Source of the DNA: Psammoneis japonica
Taxonomy: Eukaryota
DNA length: 64,000 nt
NCBI GenBank assembly: GCA_008632985.1
Contig: QPGO01000238.1
Location: 1 to 64,000 of the forward strand
Direction of reading: 5' to 3'
Shown here: positions 25,800 to 38,686 of the stretch, in pieces
Layout of the letters: each line of letters starts with the position of its first letter
Numbering within the stretch: position 1 is the stretch's first letter
The notes under the pieces: model-generated
Seen by the model: the letters and a program-made list of their open reading frames with translations, nothing else
The model's database searches: none
Told to the model about the DNA's origin: nothing
Translations under genes and position numbers: made by a program

Positions 25800-28700
25800 C
25801 AGTGCACTCTGCTCAGCTGATTGAGCTCATTTTGCGGGTGTTGATCAATCAGTTCTCATCACAGCCCACACAGTGCAAGTTTGAATGATGCTCCTGTCCC
25901 CAGCCCTTGACCTTGGAACACAGCATTGCCCAAGTGCTTGTGGTGCAGCAAGTGATGTCCACCACCATGCACAAAAATCTGCCGGCTCTGCACCAAAGCA
26001 TGGAGAGCTGGAGGACTTGCAGCAAAGTCCACCCCTCTTCCTTGCAGCACAGCATTGTCTGGGTGCTCATGCCATTGTGTGCTTGCTAGAATCCACCAGC
26101 TTTGTGCCAAGCACAGAGAGATTGGCTGCGCAACTCTTTTCCATGCAGTGGAGGTGATCTTTGCAGCCTTTGTGCTCTCCCAGTTCTCACATGCATCTTT
26201 CAGATCAGAGCAAGAGGCTGGCTGCCAAGGCATCAAAATGTGCAAAGCAAGACTTTAACTTCTTGTGCAAGGAATCTCCTGCAAGCTGGCAGAGTTTGCA
26301 GAACATGAAGACTCTGTCTGATGGTGACCAGCTTGCACAGAAAGCCCACCAACGATCTTCCATTCCATCATGTGCAGGATCTCAACCTTTTTTTTTAGAC
26401 AATGGAGAAGCAATCAGTTGTTGCTTGCACAGCTCACACAGATTGTGCCATGTCATGTTGCTTCCATCACTTGGCTTGAAGAGAGCCAGGGTTCGCTGCC
26501 ACTCATTGAGCACAGAGGCAGGCATGTCATCATTCTCCACCTTGGCAGCAGTGACCATCAAAGCAGCATTGGGGGCACAGGAGCTTCTTGTGGTGGACAG
26601 CTGTGCACTTGGTTGTCTTGCTGCTGACAACACAACCACCAGCAATGTGGAATGCACAGACACAGCTTGCCCTCATGAAGCACCAGCTGAGGAAGACAAG
26701 GGTGAGCTCCAGTGTGCTGCAAGCTGGAAGGAAAGCACCAGCTTTCTTTTGGCTTGTGTCATGGTCCACATCAGTGCTGCAAATGTGAGCTTCTTCAACA
26801 AGTTTCCAGGGCAATTCCCCCACAATTCCTCAGGATGTCAAGGACAAGTTTGCTCAACCAGACAAAGGGCATGTCAAGCTTGATGAAGACAATGAAGCAG
26901 GCTCTCTTTCTTGTTAATTTGCCAAGATTGCCACTGAGGCAAGAAAGATTCATGACTTTCACATGGCCCTTTCTGCATGTCACAAAGGTCATGCCCTGGT
27001 GCAAGTGTCACATCTGGGCTCTGTTGCAATCTTGGAGTTCACCAATGAAGTCTTCCATGCAATCAGGCACGCAACCTGTTGCTCTTTTGTCAACCCCAAC
27101 TGGCCCAGAATCAGTGTCGAAGGCCACTGTGTGTCACAAGATGGTTTCATGCTGAGCCTGCATCACCACCACAACCACAGTCAATGCTGCAGCATGATGT
27201 TGGCTCATGATCGCTTGGGGCTCTTAAGCATGTCTGTGGACTGGCAGAGTTTTTGGATTCTCCCTCTTCTGGATGAGCCAGTGTTGGCACTGGTGGCCCA
27301 GATGGGGCATGCAATTTGTTCTCCAATCTTGTGCAATGTGTTGGTCAAATGTTGCCAACCAGAGTGCAGCCTGCACCATCGCTTGCACTTGGGTGGGCAG
27401 AATGGCAGATGCCCTGGGATGTTGCAACAGAATGACAAGCAGTTGACAAGGATGGCAGCTGATGGACTGCAATGAGCGCATGCCATTGAACAGTCTGCGA
27501 TGATCAGTGACAGCACAGCATCACAAGGTTTCTAATTGCACTTCCATCTGGCACTCAATCACAGCAGTCACAACCGTGGCCATGCTCTGGAAGTCATTTG
27601 GATTTTTTGTCTGACCCCTCTTCATCAATGACTGCCTTGCATGCCTTGGCTGGCTCAAGGTGTCTCTTGTTGTTGCCCTTGTGGCTGAACTTCTTGGCAT
27701 GATGTCCATCCTCACTGTTCTTGTCTTCAGCTGGCCTTTTCTTGTTGCACTCCAGGTCAAATGCACAATTCTCAGGAGTGTGCTTGAGCCACTTGCCATG
27801 GTGGCCATCTCCAAGGTCCTTGCAGCAGCAACAGCATGGTGCACCATTCCAATGCCTTGGTTTGGAGATCACATCCTTGGCAGGGTGCAAGTTCTCTTTC
27901 ACCCACATTGGCGCAGCCCCCTTGTCACCATCTTTGCCTTTACCATGCTTGGAATCATCCCCATGGTGTTTCCAGCAGTGTCCTGCTTTTTGGCTTGCTT
28001 TTCAACACCTTTCACCTTGGCTCACAAGGCAAGCATCTTTTCCTCTTCTTTGCTGGACAAGTTCTGCTTCTTCTTCTGAACTGAGTTCTCATGCTTGTCT
28101 GCAAGCATCATGAGGTGAGTTGGCATGATGTCTGATGTCCTTGCCACCCTCATGCTCCTCTTGCTTGTTTCCAATGCACTTGACAAAGCTCTCATCTGAA
28201 GCAGCCAAACTCCCTTTGAACAGATTCATCAGGAGGTCTTCCATGGTTTCACCATGAGACCTCAACGTCGCAAGCAGAAGAGCCAAACTTCATGATGTCA
28301 TGACCAATTGTGAGAAAATGTTGGTCAAGCTCCACGAGTTTCATGTGGGTCATGCTTGTGGCTGTGTTCATGTCAAAACGTGACTTTTGAATGATGACCT
28401 TGAGAAGCAAACAACCAGAAAGCTTGTCTCTGATCTTGTGGGACTTGTCATGGATGTGCAGCACCTCATCCTTTCCACTTTTTTGAGATCAAGTTGATGA
28501 GACAGTTGTGTCCGAGAATGGCACTGTCTTGGGCCCCTTTGCAGGAGCTCACAATGCATGACTCCTTGTGTCTCTTGATGTGTTCCAAGCTGACCTCACC
28601 ACAATTGGTGAGCAGGTTTGAGTGCGTTGCATCAGGATCATCAGGGTCCTTGGGTGTCATGAAAATTCCAGTCACCAGGTCATTTCATCCAAGCAAGCTG

Positions 28701-28950
28701 GCCCTGTCCTCAATGTCATTGAGGAACTGAAAGAGTTTGCCTGGAGTGCAGTGGAACATCTCCCCACTTGGCAGCTCTTCCAAACCAGTTTGGAAGAGCC
28801 TTTGTCCAGCACTCTTACAAAAGCCAATTGCTCCCTAAGTCACCTGAGCCAGAGTTGGAGCAAATGGAATGTCCTCATCAGATGATGAGGATGACACCAC
28901 ACTTAAAGCATCTGACACATCTCTTGTCTTCAGTGCAAAGGAAGTGCGTC
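25800..28950 (-). mobile_element. Old, heavily degenerate LTR-retrotransposon (probably copia-like) gag/protease remnant
   Basis: Minus-strand fragments resemble diatom copia gag: NLLTNCGEVSLEHI..AQDSAIL, LSGCLLLKVIIQ..DMNTAT, GETMEDLLMNLFKG.LAASD..FVKCI, and a Zn-knuckle-like GKW..H.PENC. A protease-like FDTDSGPVGVDKRA lies at ~27080-27120. Both TA and CG are depleted, and the ends are not defined. Confidence 0.6.
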
Positions 28951-31128
28951 ATGACATCCAGAGCACAGTCAACAGACAAAGTGTGATGATGAACATTGGA
29001 CATGGGGCGATTCCAGGTGCTGGTGTTGCAGTGGCTAAATTGAGATTGTGAGGAGAGGAAGCTCTCTGTGTCTCTTTTTTGAGGTCCTTTGAGTGACATT
29101 GATCCCAATGGTGCAAGTCACATTGCAACGGTGAGTCACAATGACTGCCATGATGATTTGACAATCTTCACAGCAAGTTCCTCCCCAGCAATGACTTGCA
29201 CTCAGGGTCAAAAAGTGAACAGCAGCTGTTCAGGCAGATCTTGAAGAAGCACAACAAGTGCCATTTTAAAAGCCAATGGCTGAAAAGCACAAGCTCAAAA
29301 TGAGCAAGTCAAAGAGAAGAAGTGGTTTGCATTTGCCTTGGTTTTTGCACGACACCTTTGTTGAAGAAAAGCAGACTGCTCCAAAATCTCTTGGTTGCTG
29401 ATGCATGAGAAGTGTCTCAAATGTGCCAAGGCACTGGGAACTGATGGAAAACTCAAGGCACCTGCAGGTTGGATTGCAAAGACCTCAAAAAATCATGACA
29501 AGGTTGAAACCAATTTTTGCAGAAAAGCAAAATGAGAGAGATCAGATGCAGAAGCAGGTGATGTCACAAAATGATGGAGATTGAGTGAATTTTTGCCAGT
29601 GTTTTGATGAAAGAGAATGTCCCTCCAGAATGTGCATGGAGTGCCAACTGGGTGGGGCTGTTTCCAAAATGTCCAAACTGAGGTGCACATGGACAAAGCT
29701 GCCAAGAAAGAAATTTGCAAGTGTCAAGCAAATGAAGGATGAGACACAAGCAACCCTCACAGTTTGCACCTCACATGCACCATCAGTGGGAAAGCTCCCA
29801 TTGACTTCACAGTGGCTGACAGTGTTGCAAAACCACTGGTGCCACACACAGATGAACATCAGATCACAGGGTTTTGTTGCAGCAGCAGCATTCTTTGGTG
29901 CACTGGCGACATCTTCTGGCCTTGTTGTTTGTGCATGCATGGCAATGCACGCGCGCAGCTCTCTTTCTCAACAACTGCAGTGCACACATTGAACAATTGA
30001 TGAGGGCACACTGTGAAGGTGACCTCACAAGAGCATTGTGAGAGCACACTGTGAAGGTGACCTCACAAGAGCTCCCCCCCCCCACTCAATGTCACTGGCC
30101 AGCTGAAGCGGGGGCGATGGCCAGTCTCAAAGTGTGCTGCAAGACTCTCCTTCTCACAGAGCTGTCAGAGATGTTTGACATTGGAGGTGGCTGTGAGAGT
30201 GTTGAGCTCACCACCAGTGGAGGTGCTGCCGGCAAGCAACATTGTTGAAGTTGCGAAAGAGTTGTCTTTGGCAGCAAAGCTCCTCATTTGCTTGGCTCAC
30301 CTGGAACAAAGATGATGAACATGCTTGCACCACCAACACAATGAAACATTGCTGGTGCAAGGCCAACATGCATCCTGCATCCTGGCACAACAAACAGGCA
30401 GACACACCAATGATGACCATGGCACTCAAAAGCGTCAGCAGATGAAGTGCTCAGGCGCACCAAAAGGGAGCAGGCATTGTGAAATGTGGTTGATGTTTTG
30501 TGCAACAGGCAAGCAGCAAAGCACTCCACTTGCACCACCCAATGTCATTTTTTAAAAATCTGTTTGATTTGAACTGTGGCCACACATTTGCACAGGGCCA
30601 GCATTGTGTCATTGCACTCTGCAAAACACAGCAAAAGCAGATTGATGATTTGTGCAACAGGCAAGTGCTCCACTTGCAGCACCCAACATCAATTTTTTTA
30701 AAAATCTGTTTGATTTGAACTGTGACCACATGTCCCCACATCTGCGCAGGGCCAGCATTGCATCATTGCACTCTGCAATGCACAGCCAACAGCTTGCAGA
30801 ATTCGGGCACAATTGCACCATTGCACTCTGCGCAATGAAGCCAAGTGCTCTCCCAGGATTCCGGAACAAAGACAATGGACATGCTTGCACCAACTCAATG
30901 AAGCATTGCTGGCACAAGGCTGACACACACCCTGGCACCACAGGCAGATGTCAGTGATGACGTTGGCACACGCAAGCATCAGTGGATGAGGCACTCAGGA
31001 GAGTGGAGCACAAGAAGTCAAGGGAGGGTGTTGTCGAAAAATCAGATTGAAAATTTGTTCAGTGGGCAAGCAAAATGCTCCACTTGTGCCCTGCAATCTT
31101 GACCATTTTAAATCTGTTCAATTTGAGC

Positions 31129-31404
31129 TGACAGGATTTGAACAGGATTTGGGTGCGCGCGAAATGTCGCGCACTGTTTAGTTCACCGCGCACAGTTTTG
31201 TGTGCTTTAGTTCCGCGCATTCGCGCGCGATGTAGTTTGCTTTCGAGCCACAAGGCTCACAAGAATAATGACAGTAGCCCGATTGTGCCGACTTGCACGT
31301 CTTTCGGCTCCTGCAACGGTCTCTGAGCGGAGACTCATCTGCCATTTAGACAGCAGTGAGGAGTTGTTGTTTGAATTCTTGCCATTTGCCTTCAATTTCT
31401 GTCA
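31129..31404 (+). repeat. 5' LTR
   Basis: TG...CA termini. It aligns without gaps to 37951-38226 with ~15 substitutions, all transitions. Confidence 0.97.
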
Positions 31405-32342
31405 GATTGACAGTCTTGCTCATTGTCAACCCATTGAGCAACCGCCATCGTCGTCGTTGATTTACTGACGACGCTGTCTCAATTCTGCGTGGACCTCCAT
31501 GTGTGTTCTACGTACATCGGCAAGTCTACGCGCATTCAACACCAGGGCATCGGCAGGAAGTTAACGTCACCATCAAGTCTCCTTGCCGCTGGACATCTGG
31601 ATTGATTGTGCTCCCTTTGATCGCTGAAGACATGCATTCAACGGTCACATCCAAGTCTGTCCTTGATCCTCATCCCTTGACACACCCATTCAACGGTTAA
31701 CGGTCAAGAACCCTGCACATTCAAGGATCTCCGTCGCTGAAGACATGCACACACACACATCTTCACGGCCAAGGACTTGAACCCACTCTTCGGACTGCGG
31801 CTTTGCTGCCACTCTACAAGCACGCCGAGTCCATTGTGCCTGATCCACCCCAGACTGCTGGTGCTCTGCAGTTCTGCTGGGTCCACCAGGACGACTGTGA
31901 GAGCAAGCAGTCCGTGATTGCAGCCTGCGTTGGGGCGAGGGTGTTTTCCCGCGCTTGTTCGTTCGTCCACAGCGCCCAACGCCTGCGTCAACTGGCCAGC
32001 CTGATCGGGAAATCCAACTGACATAAAATGAGAATGGTTCGGGGGTCTTGTCCACCTCCAGTCAGCTCACCTGCAGGGGTTTACAACCCGCTGCTCCGCT
32101 CGCCAGCAACCCAAAGCGCCGCCAGCTGCGGGTTCGGACGTGCCGGCACAACTCTACGGACCAGACAGGAAGTTTAGCACTTGACAACGAACGGGACAGC
32201 ACAGCCCGGCGACTTCTGATTTTAAGGTAGTTCGAGATTTCAAGTCAAGTCTGTTTCAAGTCAAGTCCATTCTCACCCAAGTTTCAAGTCTGCCTTCGCT
32301 TCCCAACAAGAATTGCTTGTCCTGACACCACTTTTGTCTGCC

Positions 32343-35300
32343 ATGGTTCTCACTCGTCAGCAACAAACCGATGGTTTCGAGCACGTTGTTGGAACCGTGC
32401 TTGCCCAAGGTGCTGGGAGCCCTCTTCATTTGGCTTTGGCCCAAGACGGCACGGACTCGTGTCAAGAACTGTTCACGTTCATGCCGTCCCAAATCGACTC
32501 ACTTGAGTGCGACAACGGCACCAATGTGATCCCTTTGCCCCGCGGTTATAAGAACATGTTAGCAGCCCCAGTCAGTCTGTACATTGTCAAAGCACATGAA
32601 GGTCTTGACGTTGCCAATGACTCCTCGTTGTTCACGCATGACGAGTTCCTTGCCCACCGCCTCAGCCCCGACTGCATGTCTTCTGTGTCCATCGGCAGCT
32701 CACCCCTCGCACCTCCGCATGTCACCAACCCGACCAAGGCACGCGACCCGGTGCAAGACTTCAAGCGAGGCATCAAGCGTGATCCCACCGCTTTCACAGC
32801 TCTCAAATCCGACAAGCAGTGGCACACTTGGCACACCTCACTTGTGGCACAAGCCCGTGCCCAAGACGTCGAGTGCATTCTAGACTCGTCGTACAAACCG
32901 ACCAGCCCCGAAGACAAACTGCTCTTTGCTGAACAGCAAAAGCACATGTTCGCCGTCTTCAAACGCATTCTTCTCACCGACAAGGGCAAGGCTCTCATTC
33001 GCGAAAATGTGGGGTCTTCTGATGCCCAGACCATCTGCCGCGCCTTGTCTGAGCATGCGCTCGCCTCCACCCGCGCATCTGTCGAGTCCTCCACCTTGCT
33101 CACGCACCTTGCCACCGCACGTCTTGGTGATGGCACTTGGAAAGGTCCGACCCACGGGTTCATCCTTCATTGGCAAGATCAGTTGCGCAAGTGCGAGGCA
33201 CTCATCCCGGCCAGTGACCACTTCTCTGAAGGACAGAAGCGCATCATGCTCAAGAATGCCGCACACCCTGTCGAGGAACTCCGTGCTGTCAAGAACCAAG
33301 CTGATCAGCATCGTGCGCAGAGTGGCAAGAGCCTCACACACGATCAATGCTGTGGCTTGCTCCTCTCCGCGGCAGCTCAATGCGACAGTGCGTTTCAACC
33401 CAAGACGACACCTTGAGCTCCCCGATGCGCCATGTGCGCACACGACGTCTGCTCCGAGGAACCGTCCGACGATGTGTTCTGCGACATTGACAGCGACATT
33501 GACGTCCTTCAGGCCAATGCTGCCTGCGCCCGTGGTCCCAGCCTCACCGGTGACCAATGGAAACGCCTCCCTCCCGACCACCAACGGATTTGGGATTCGT
33601 TGCCCCATTCCTCCAAGGCGATCATCCTTGAGCATTCTCGTCCGCCTCCCCGCAACCCGCGAGCCAGCAACTGCCATGAGTCCATTGCGGCCAACCTTCA
33701 CGACCAACGCCTTGGGAGTGACGGTGATGTCAACTTGTCCAACACGACTCCTGCTGACTCTGGTGACTCCGCTCCAAATGTGGATGCCACCTCGGATGAT
33801 CCCATCCTGGCGCACCTCACCAAGCGCAAGCCACTGCCACCCGGTGATCTGCAACATCTGTTGTCTCCTAACCAAGCCCCCAACGCTAGTCGACCGGGGC
33901 CATCCGCCGCTCCCTCTACCCCGCTAGCTCCTGCCGATGACACAGAACTTAACGGCCGCACTTGCCGCCGCGTTGACAACCACAATGTCATTCACTCTGC
34001 CTCTGCTCATCGCTCCACACGCACTGGCGCTCTAGTTGATCGTGGGGCCAACGGCGGCATTGCTGGCGACGACGTTCGCGTCATTGCACGCACCTCTCGC
34101 CAAGTCGATTTTCAGGGCATTGACGACCACCAGTTGGTGGACATCCCCATTGTCACCGCTGGTGCCGTCATTGAGACCCAGCGTGGTCCCGTCATCGCCA
34201 TCCTCCATCAGTGCGCATGCACGGGCAAGGGCAAGACCATTCATTCCTGCGGCCTGTTCGAATGGTACAAACAGGATGTCAACGATCGCTCTGTCAAGGT
34301 GCCCAACGGCTTGCAACGTGTTGCCACTCCTGATGGCCATGTCATCCCCATTGACATCAAGGGCGGCCTGCCTTGTGTTGCCATGCGACCTCACACTGAC
34401 ACCAAATGGGACACCCTGCCCCATGTCATCCTCACCGGTGATGACACATGGGATCCTTCCGTCCTCGATCACTCTGTCACTGATGACGACCAGTGGTGCG
34501 ACGCGATCTCTGACCTGCAGGACGATCCCACTGCCAACCCATTTGACGAGTGCGGCAACTGCCGTCATCGTGTCGTTGTCAACGAGACCATCATGTCCGC
34601 TTCCTTGTCTGCCGATCACGCGTCCGCCCTCGATGATCATCTCATTCCGAATGACGACGTGTTCTACGAGTGTCATCTACACGCGATTGACCCCAAGGAC
34701 GATGACGTTCCGCCCCCGGAGCGCACTGTGCAGCCCAAGGACCCCCCCTTCGAGTCTCTTCGGCCTTGCTTTGGCTTCCCACCTGCCGATGCGGTCCATC
34801 GCACTTTTGACTGCACCACGCAGTGCGTCCGCATGCCCGCCGGCACACACCTTAGGAAGGCCTGCAAATCACCCAACCCCGCCCTTAATGTGCACCGCCA
34901 CAACGAGCCCATCGCCACTGACACCGTTTGTGCCGACACTCCGGCCGTCGACTCTGGTTGCACCAGCGCCCAACTGTTTGTTGGCACCGAGTCTACCGTC
35001 ACTGACGTCCACGGCACCAAGACGGACAAGGAGTTTGTCAACACACTCAAGGATCAGATCCGTGAGCGTGGTGCCCCATCCAAACTCATTAGCGACCGTG
35101 CTCAAGTTGAGATCAGCAACAAGGTGCTCAGGATTCTACGAGCCCTCTTCATCTCCAGCTGGCAAAGTGAGCCTCACCAGCAACACCAAAACTTTGCCGA
35201 GCGTCGATGCCAGACCGTGAAGCGCATGGCGAACACTGTCATGGATCGTTTCGGTTCGCCTGCCCACACATGGCTGCTGGCACTCATGCACGTGTGCTTC

Positions 35301-38003
35301 ACACTCAACCACACAGCGTCCCCACGTCTCCACTGGTGCACGCCCCTCGAGACTCTCACTGGCTCCACCCCGGACATCAGCCCATTGCTTCACTTTCACT
35401 GGTGGGAACCCGTGCACTTCCACCTCGATGACTCCGATTGGCCATCCGAATCCCGTGAGTTGCATGGACGCTTTGTTGGCATTGCTGAGCATGTCGGCCA
35501 CCAGATGACCTTCAAGATTCTCTCTGACGAGACTCAGAAGATCCTCTGCCGGTCCAACGTACGATCCGCTGCCACCGATCCTGCCGTTCGAAACCTGCGT
35601 CTTGATCCTCCTGATGGGGAGCCACCTGAACCCATCATCAAATCTTGCCATGACGACAACCCCGTCGATTCTCCTGATGGGGAGATCAGGACACCCAAGA
35701 TGCCAGTTTTCGATCCGCAAGACATCATCGGACGCACCTTCCTCATGCAGCCACAAGAGGACGGACAACGCCACAGAGCTTGCATCGTCAAGGCCGTCGA
35801 AGACCACGAATGGAAAGTGAACGGCAATCCCGAGCTCACTAAGTTCGTCTGCTCTGTCAACAACGATGAATGCGAGGAAGTCCTTGCCTGCAACAACATC
35901 ATGAATCACATTGAGCAAGAAGACGAAGACACTGCTGTTTGGAAATTTCGACGCATCGTGTCACACGAAGGACCTCTGAAGCCTCATGACCCAACCTGGA
36001 AAGGCTCAAGCTACAACACAATGCTTGAATGGGAAAGTGGGGAGATCACGTCCGAGCCTCTTGCCATCATCGCCAAGGACGACCCCGTCACCTGCGCCAT
36101 CCATGCACGAGAGAACGGACTTCTCGACACTGATGGCTGGAAGCGGTTCCGCACCATCGCGAGGCGCCAGAAGAAGCCATTTCGCGTGGCCAACCAAGCC
36201 AAGCTTCGCTCCTTCCGCACTGCACCTCGCTACAAGTGCGGATGCGAAGTTCCCCGGAACTGCAAACACGCCATGTCACTGGACGAACGCAATGGCAACC
36301 GCAAATGGGGAGACGCAACTAATCTCGAGATGGACCAACTCGGGGAATACGAAGTCTTCCATGACTGCGGGCCCTTCGAGTCTTCCACTCCTCCTGCTGG
36401 ACACAAGAAGATCCGAGTGCACCCAGTGTGCGACGTGAAACACGACGGTCGCCACAAGGCACGACTCGCAGCCGATGGGCACCTCACGGACGTACCCATC
36501 GACAGTGTCCACTCCGGAGTGGTCTCCCTCCGTGGCCTTCGGCTGATGATTTTCCTGGCCGAACTCAACGAGTTGGAGACATGGGCCACCGACATTGGCA
36601 ATGCCCACCTTGAAGCCACCACCAAGGAGAAGCTCTACATTGCAGCCGGACCCAAATTTGGCAAACTCGAAGGACACATCCTTGTCATCCACAAGGCCCT
36701 GCATGGACTGCACAGCTCCAGTCTCCGGCGCTTCGCCGACTGCCTGCGAGCTGAAGGCTTCTTCCCCTGCCGCGCCGAACCCGACATTTGGATGCGCAGG
36801 AACGGCGACCACTGTGAGTGCATTGCCGTTTGTGTGGATGACCTCGCCATTGCTGTGAAGGACCCTCAATCTTTCGTTGACACTCTCACAGAAAAGCACA
36901 AGTTCAAGCTCAAGGGCACGGGACCCATTGAGTTCCATCTGGGTTGCGACTTTTCCCGGGATCCTGACGGCACCTTGTGCCTGTCTCCGCGCAAGTGCAT
37001 CGAGTGCATGGTCAACAGCTGCACCCGACTGTTTGGGGAGAAACCCACCACCAACGCCCTGTCACCTCTGGAGAAGGGTGACCACCCCGAACTGGACACT
37101 TCCGAACTGCTGGAGCCCGATGGCATTCACAAGTTCCAGTCTCTTGTTGGTTCACTCCAATGGGCAGTGTCCCTTGGTCGAATTGACATCACCACGGCCG
37201 TCATGTCACTCTCTAGCTTCCGAGCTGCGCCCCGTCAAGGCCACTTGGATCGTGCCAAACGCGTCTGTGGGCACCTCTCCAAGATGCGACACGGCGCTCT
37301 CCGCGTTCGTACGGAAGAGCCCGACCATTCGGATCTCCCTGCTCCAGCCTGTGAATGGATGCATTCCGTGCACGGCGAAGCAGAAGAGATGATCCCGAAG
37401 GATGCTCCACCGCCCCTTGGCAAGTTCATCACTGCCACCCACTGCGTCGATGCAAACTTGTGCCATTGCATGCTCACCAGACGCTCTGTCATGGGAATGC
37501 TCCACTTCCTCAACAAATTCCCGGCTGATTGGTTCTCTAAGAAGCAAGCCACCGTGGAGACTGCGACCTGCGGGTCTGAATTTGTTGCCGCAAGGACTTG
37601 TGTCGAGCAGATTGTCGACCTGCGCATCACCCTGCGCTGCCTTGGCGTCCCGATCCACAACGTCAGTTACATGTTCAGTGACAACAAGTCGGTTGTAGAC
37701 AGTGCCACCATCCCACACTCCAAGTTACACAAGCGACACACCGCACTGTCGTTCCACCGTGTGCGCGAGGCAATTGCCTCTGGTTGCCTTGAGCTCCACT
37801 TCATCGAAGGCTCCCACAACCCTGCTGACATTCTCAGCAAGCATTGGGGTTGCTCCCAAATCTGGGACCTTCTCCACCCCCTCATGTCCTGGAACTTCAT
37901 TCCATCCGAAGTCGAGTCTGTTTCTGTGGCTCCTCAAGCAAACTGGGGAGTGACAGGATTTGAGCAGGATTCAGGTGCACGCGAAATGTCGCGCGCTGTT
38001 TAG
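32343..38003 (+). pseudogene. Copia gag-pol (gag, protease, integrase, chromo-like domain, RT, RNase H) with one in-frame TGA and pervasive Tyr->Cys/His changes
   Basis: ORFs 32313-33416 and 33432-38003 share a frame across TGA 33414-33416. Motifs: FKRGIKRDP (gag), LVDRGANGG (PR), ATDTV..ISDRAQ..QNFAE (IN), KARLAADGH, DIGNAHL, CVDDL (RT), VDANL, SDNKS, NPADILSK (RH). Confidence 0.93.
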
Positions 38004-38226
38004 TTTGCCGCGCACAGTTTTGTGTGCTTTAGTTCCACGCGTTCGCGCGCGATGCAGTTTGCTTTCGAGCCACAAGGCTCACAAGAACAACAACAGCAGC
38101 CCGATTGTGCCGACTTGCACGTCTTTCGGCTCCTGCGACGGTCTCTGAGCGGAGACTCATCTGCCATTTAGACAGCAGTGAGGAGTTGTTGTTTGAATTC
38201 TTGCCATTTGCCTTCAATTTCTGTCA
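37951..38226 (+). repeat. 3' LTR
   Basis: Preceded by a PPT, ends CTGTCA and is followed by the TSD TGAGC. Confidence 0.97.
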
Positions 38227-38686
38227 TGAGCTGTGTGAGACACAGCTCAGGTTGATTTTTCATGCTGCCCTCCTCGCTCTGTGGCGGGCTTGGCATCCAA
38301 CAGCTGATGACTCCAAAATGCTGTGCATTGATGAAATCCTGCTCACTGCATTTCAAGCATGACATTTGTTTCCCTGGAGTGCTGCAAACTGCAAACACCC
38401 CAGAGAGCTGGATAAAAAGATGGTCTTGTTTTTTCTTACTTTGGTTGGTGCCAAGCTGAGTCAGAATAGAAGCATGCACGCAAGAGGGCGTTTCAGGGTG
38501 TCCGTCTGTCGTCCAATGGTCATTGTACATTGCAGTGATTGACACTTTCCGCTCTTTGGACAAGCTCTAATGCTGACTGTAAGAGTAGAGGAGTCGTCTA
38601 CCCCTCGAGCGCGCGAGAGGCTTCTTCTCGCAAAATACAGCCAGTGACATACAGTAGCATCAGTCAGTTCTGCTTCTGTTGCTGTG

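Larger units (their letters stand above)
31129..38226 (+). mobile_element. Full-length Ty1/copia (CoDi-like) LTR retrotransposon, mutationally inactivated
   Basis: Two 276-bp LTRs (TGACAG...CTGTCA), a 5-bp TSD TGAGC (31124-31128, 38227-38231), a PPT GGGGAG before the 3' LTR, and domain order gag-PR-IN-RT-RH. Confidence 0.97.

Noticed and set aside
31405..31430. tRNA primer-binding site
   Set aside because: No recognisable TGG-starting PBS follows the 5' LTR, so none was called.
33414..33416. Programmed gag-pol readthrough at the TGA
   Set aside because: A CGA->TGA CpG transition in an already mutated element is simpler. Readthrough cannot be excluded without intact copies.
32343..38003. Classical RIP (CpA->TpA) or an alternative genetic code as the cause of the Tyr/Cys/His pattern
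   Set aside because: The direction is loss of TA, not gain. Neighbouring genes use TAY for conserved Tyr (e.g. ACC GAYL), so the code is standard.
31129..38226. ADAR-type RNA editing or RT error before integration
   Set aside because: Both A->G and T->C occur on the same strand, the two LTRs differ from each other, and repeats with no retroelement features show the same pattern.
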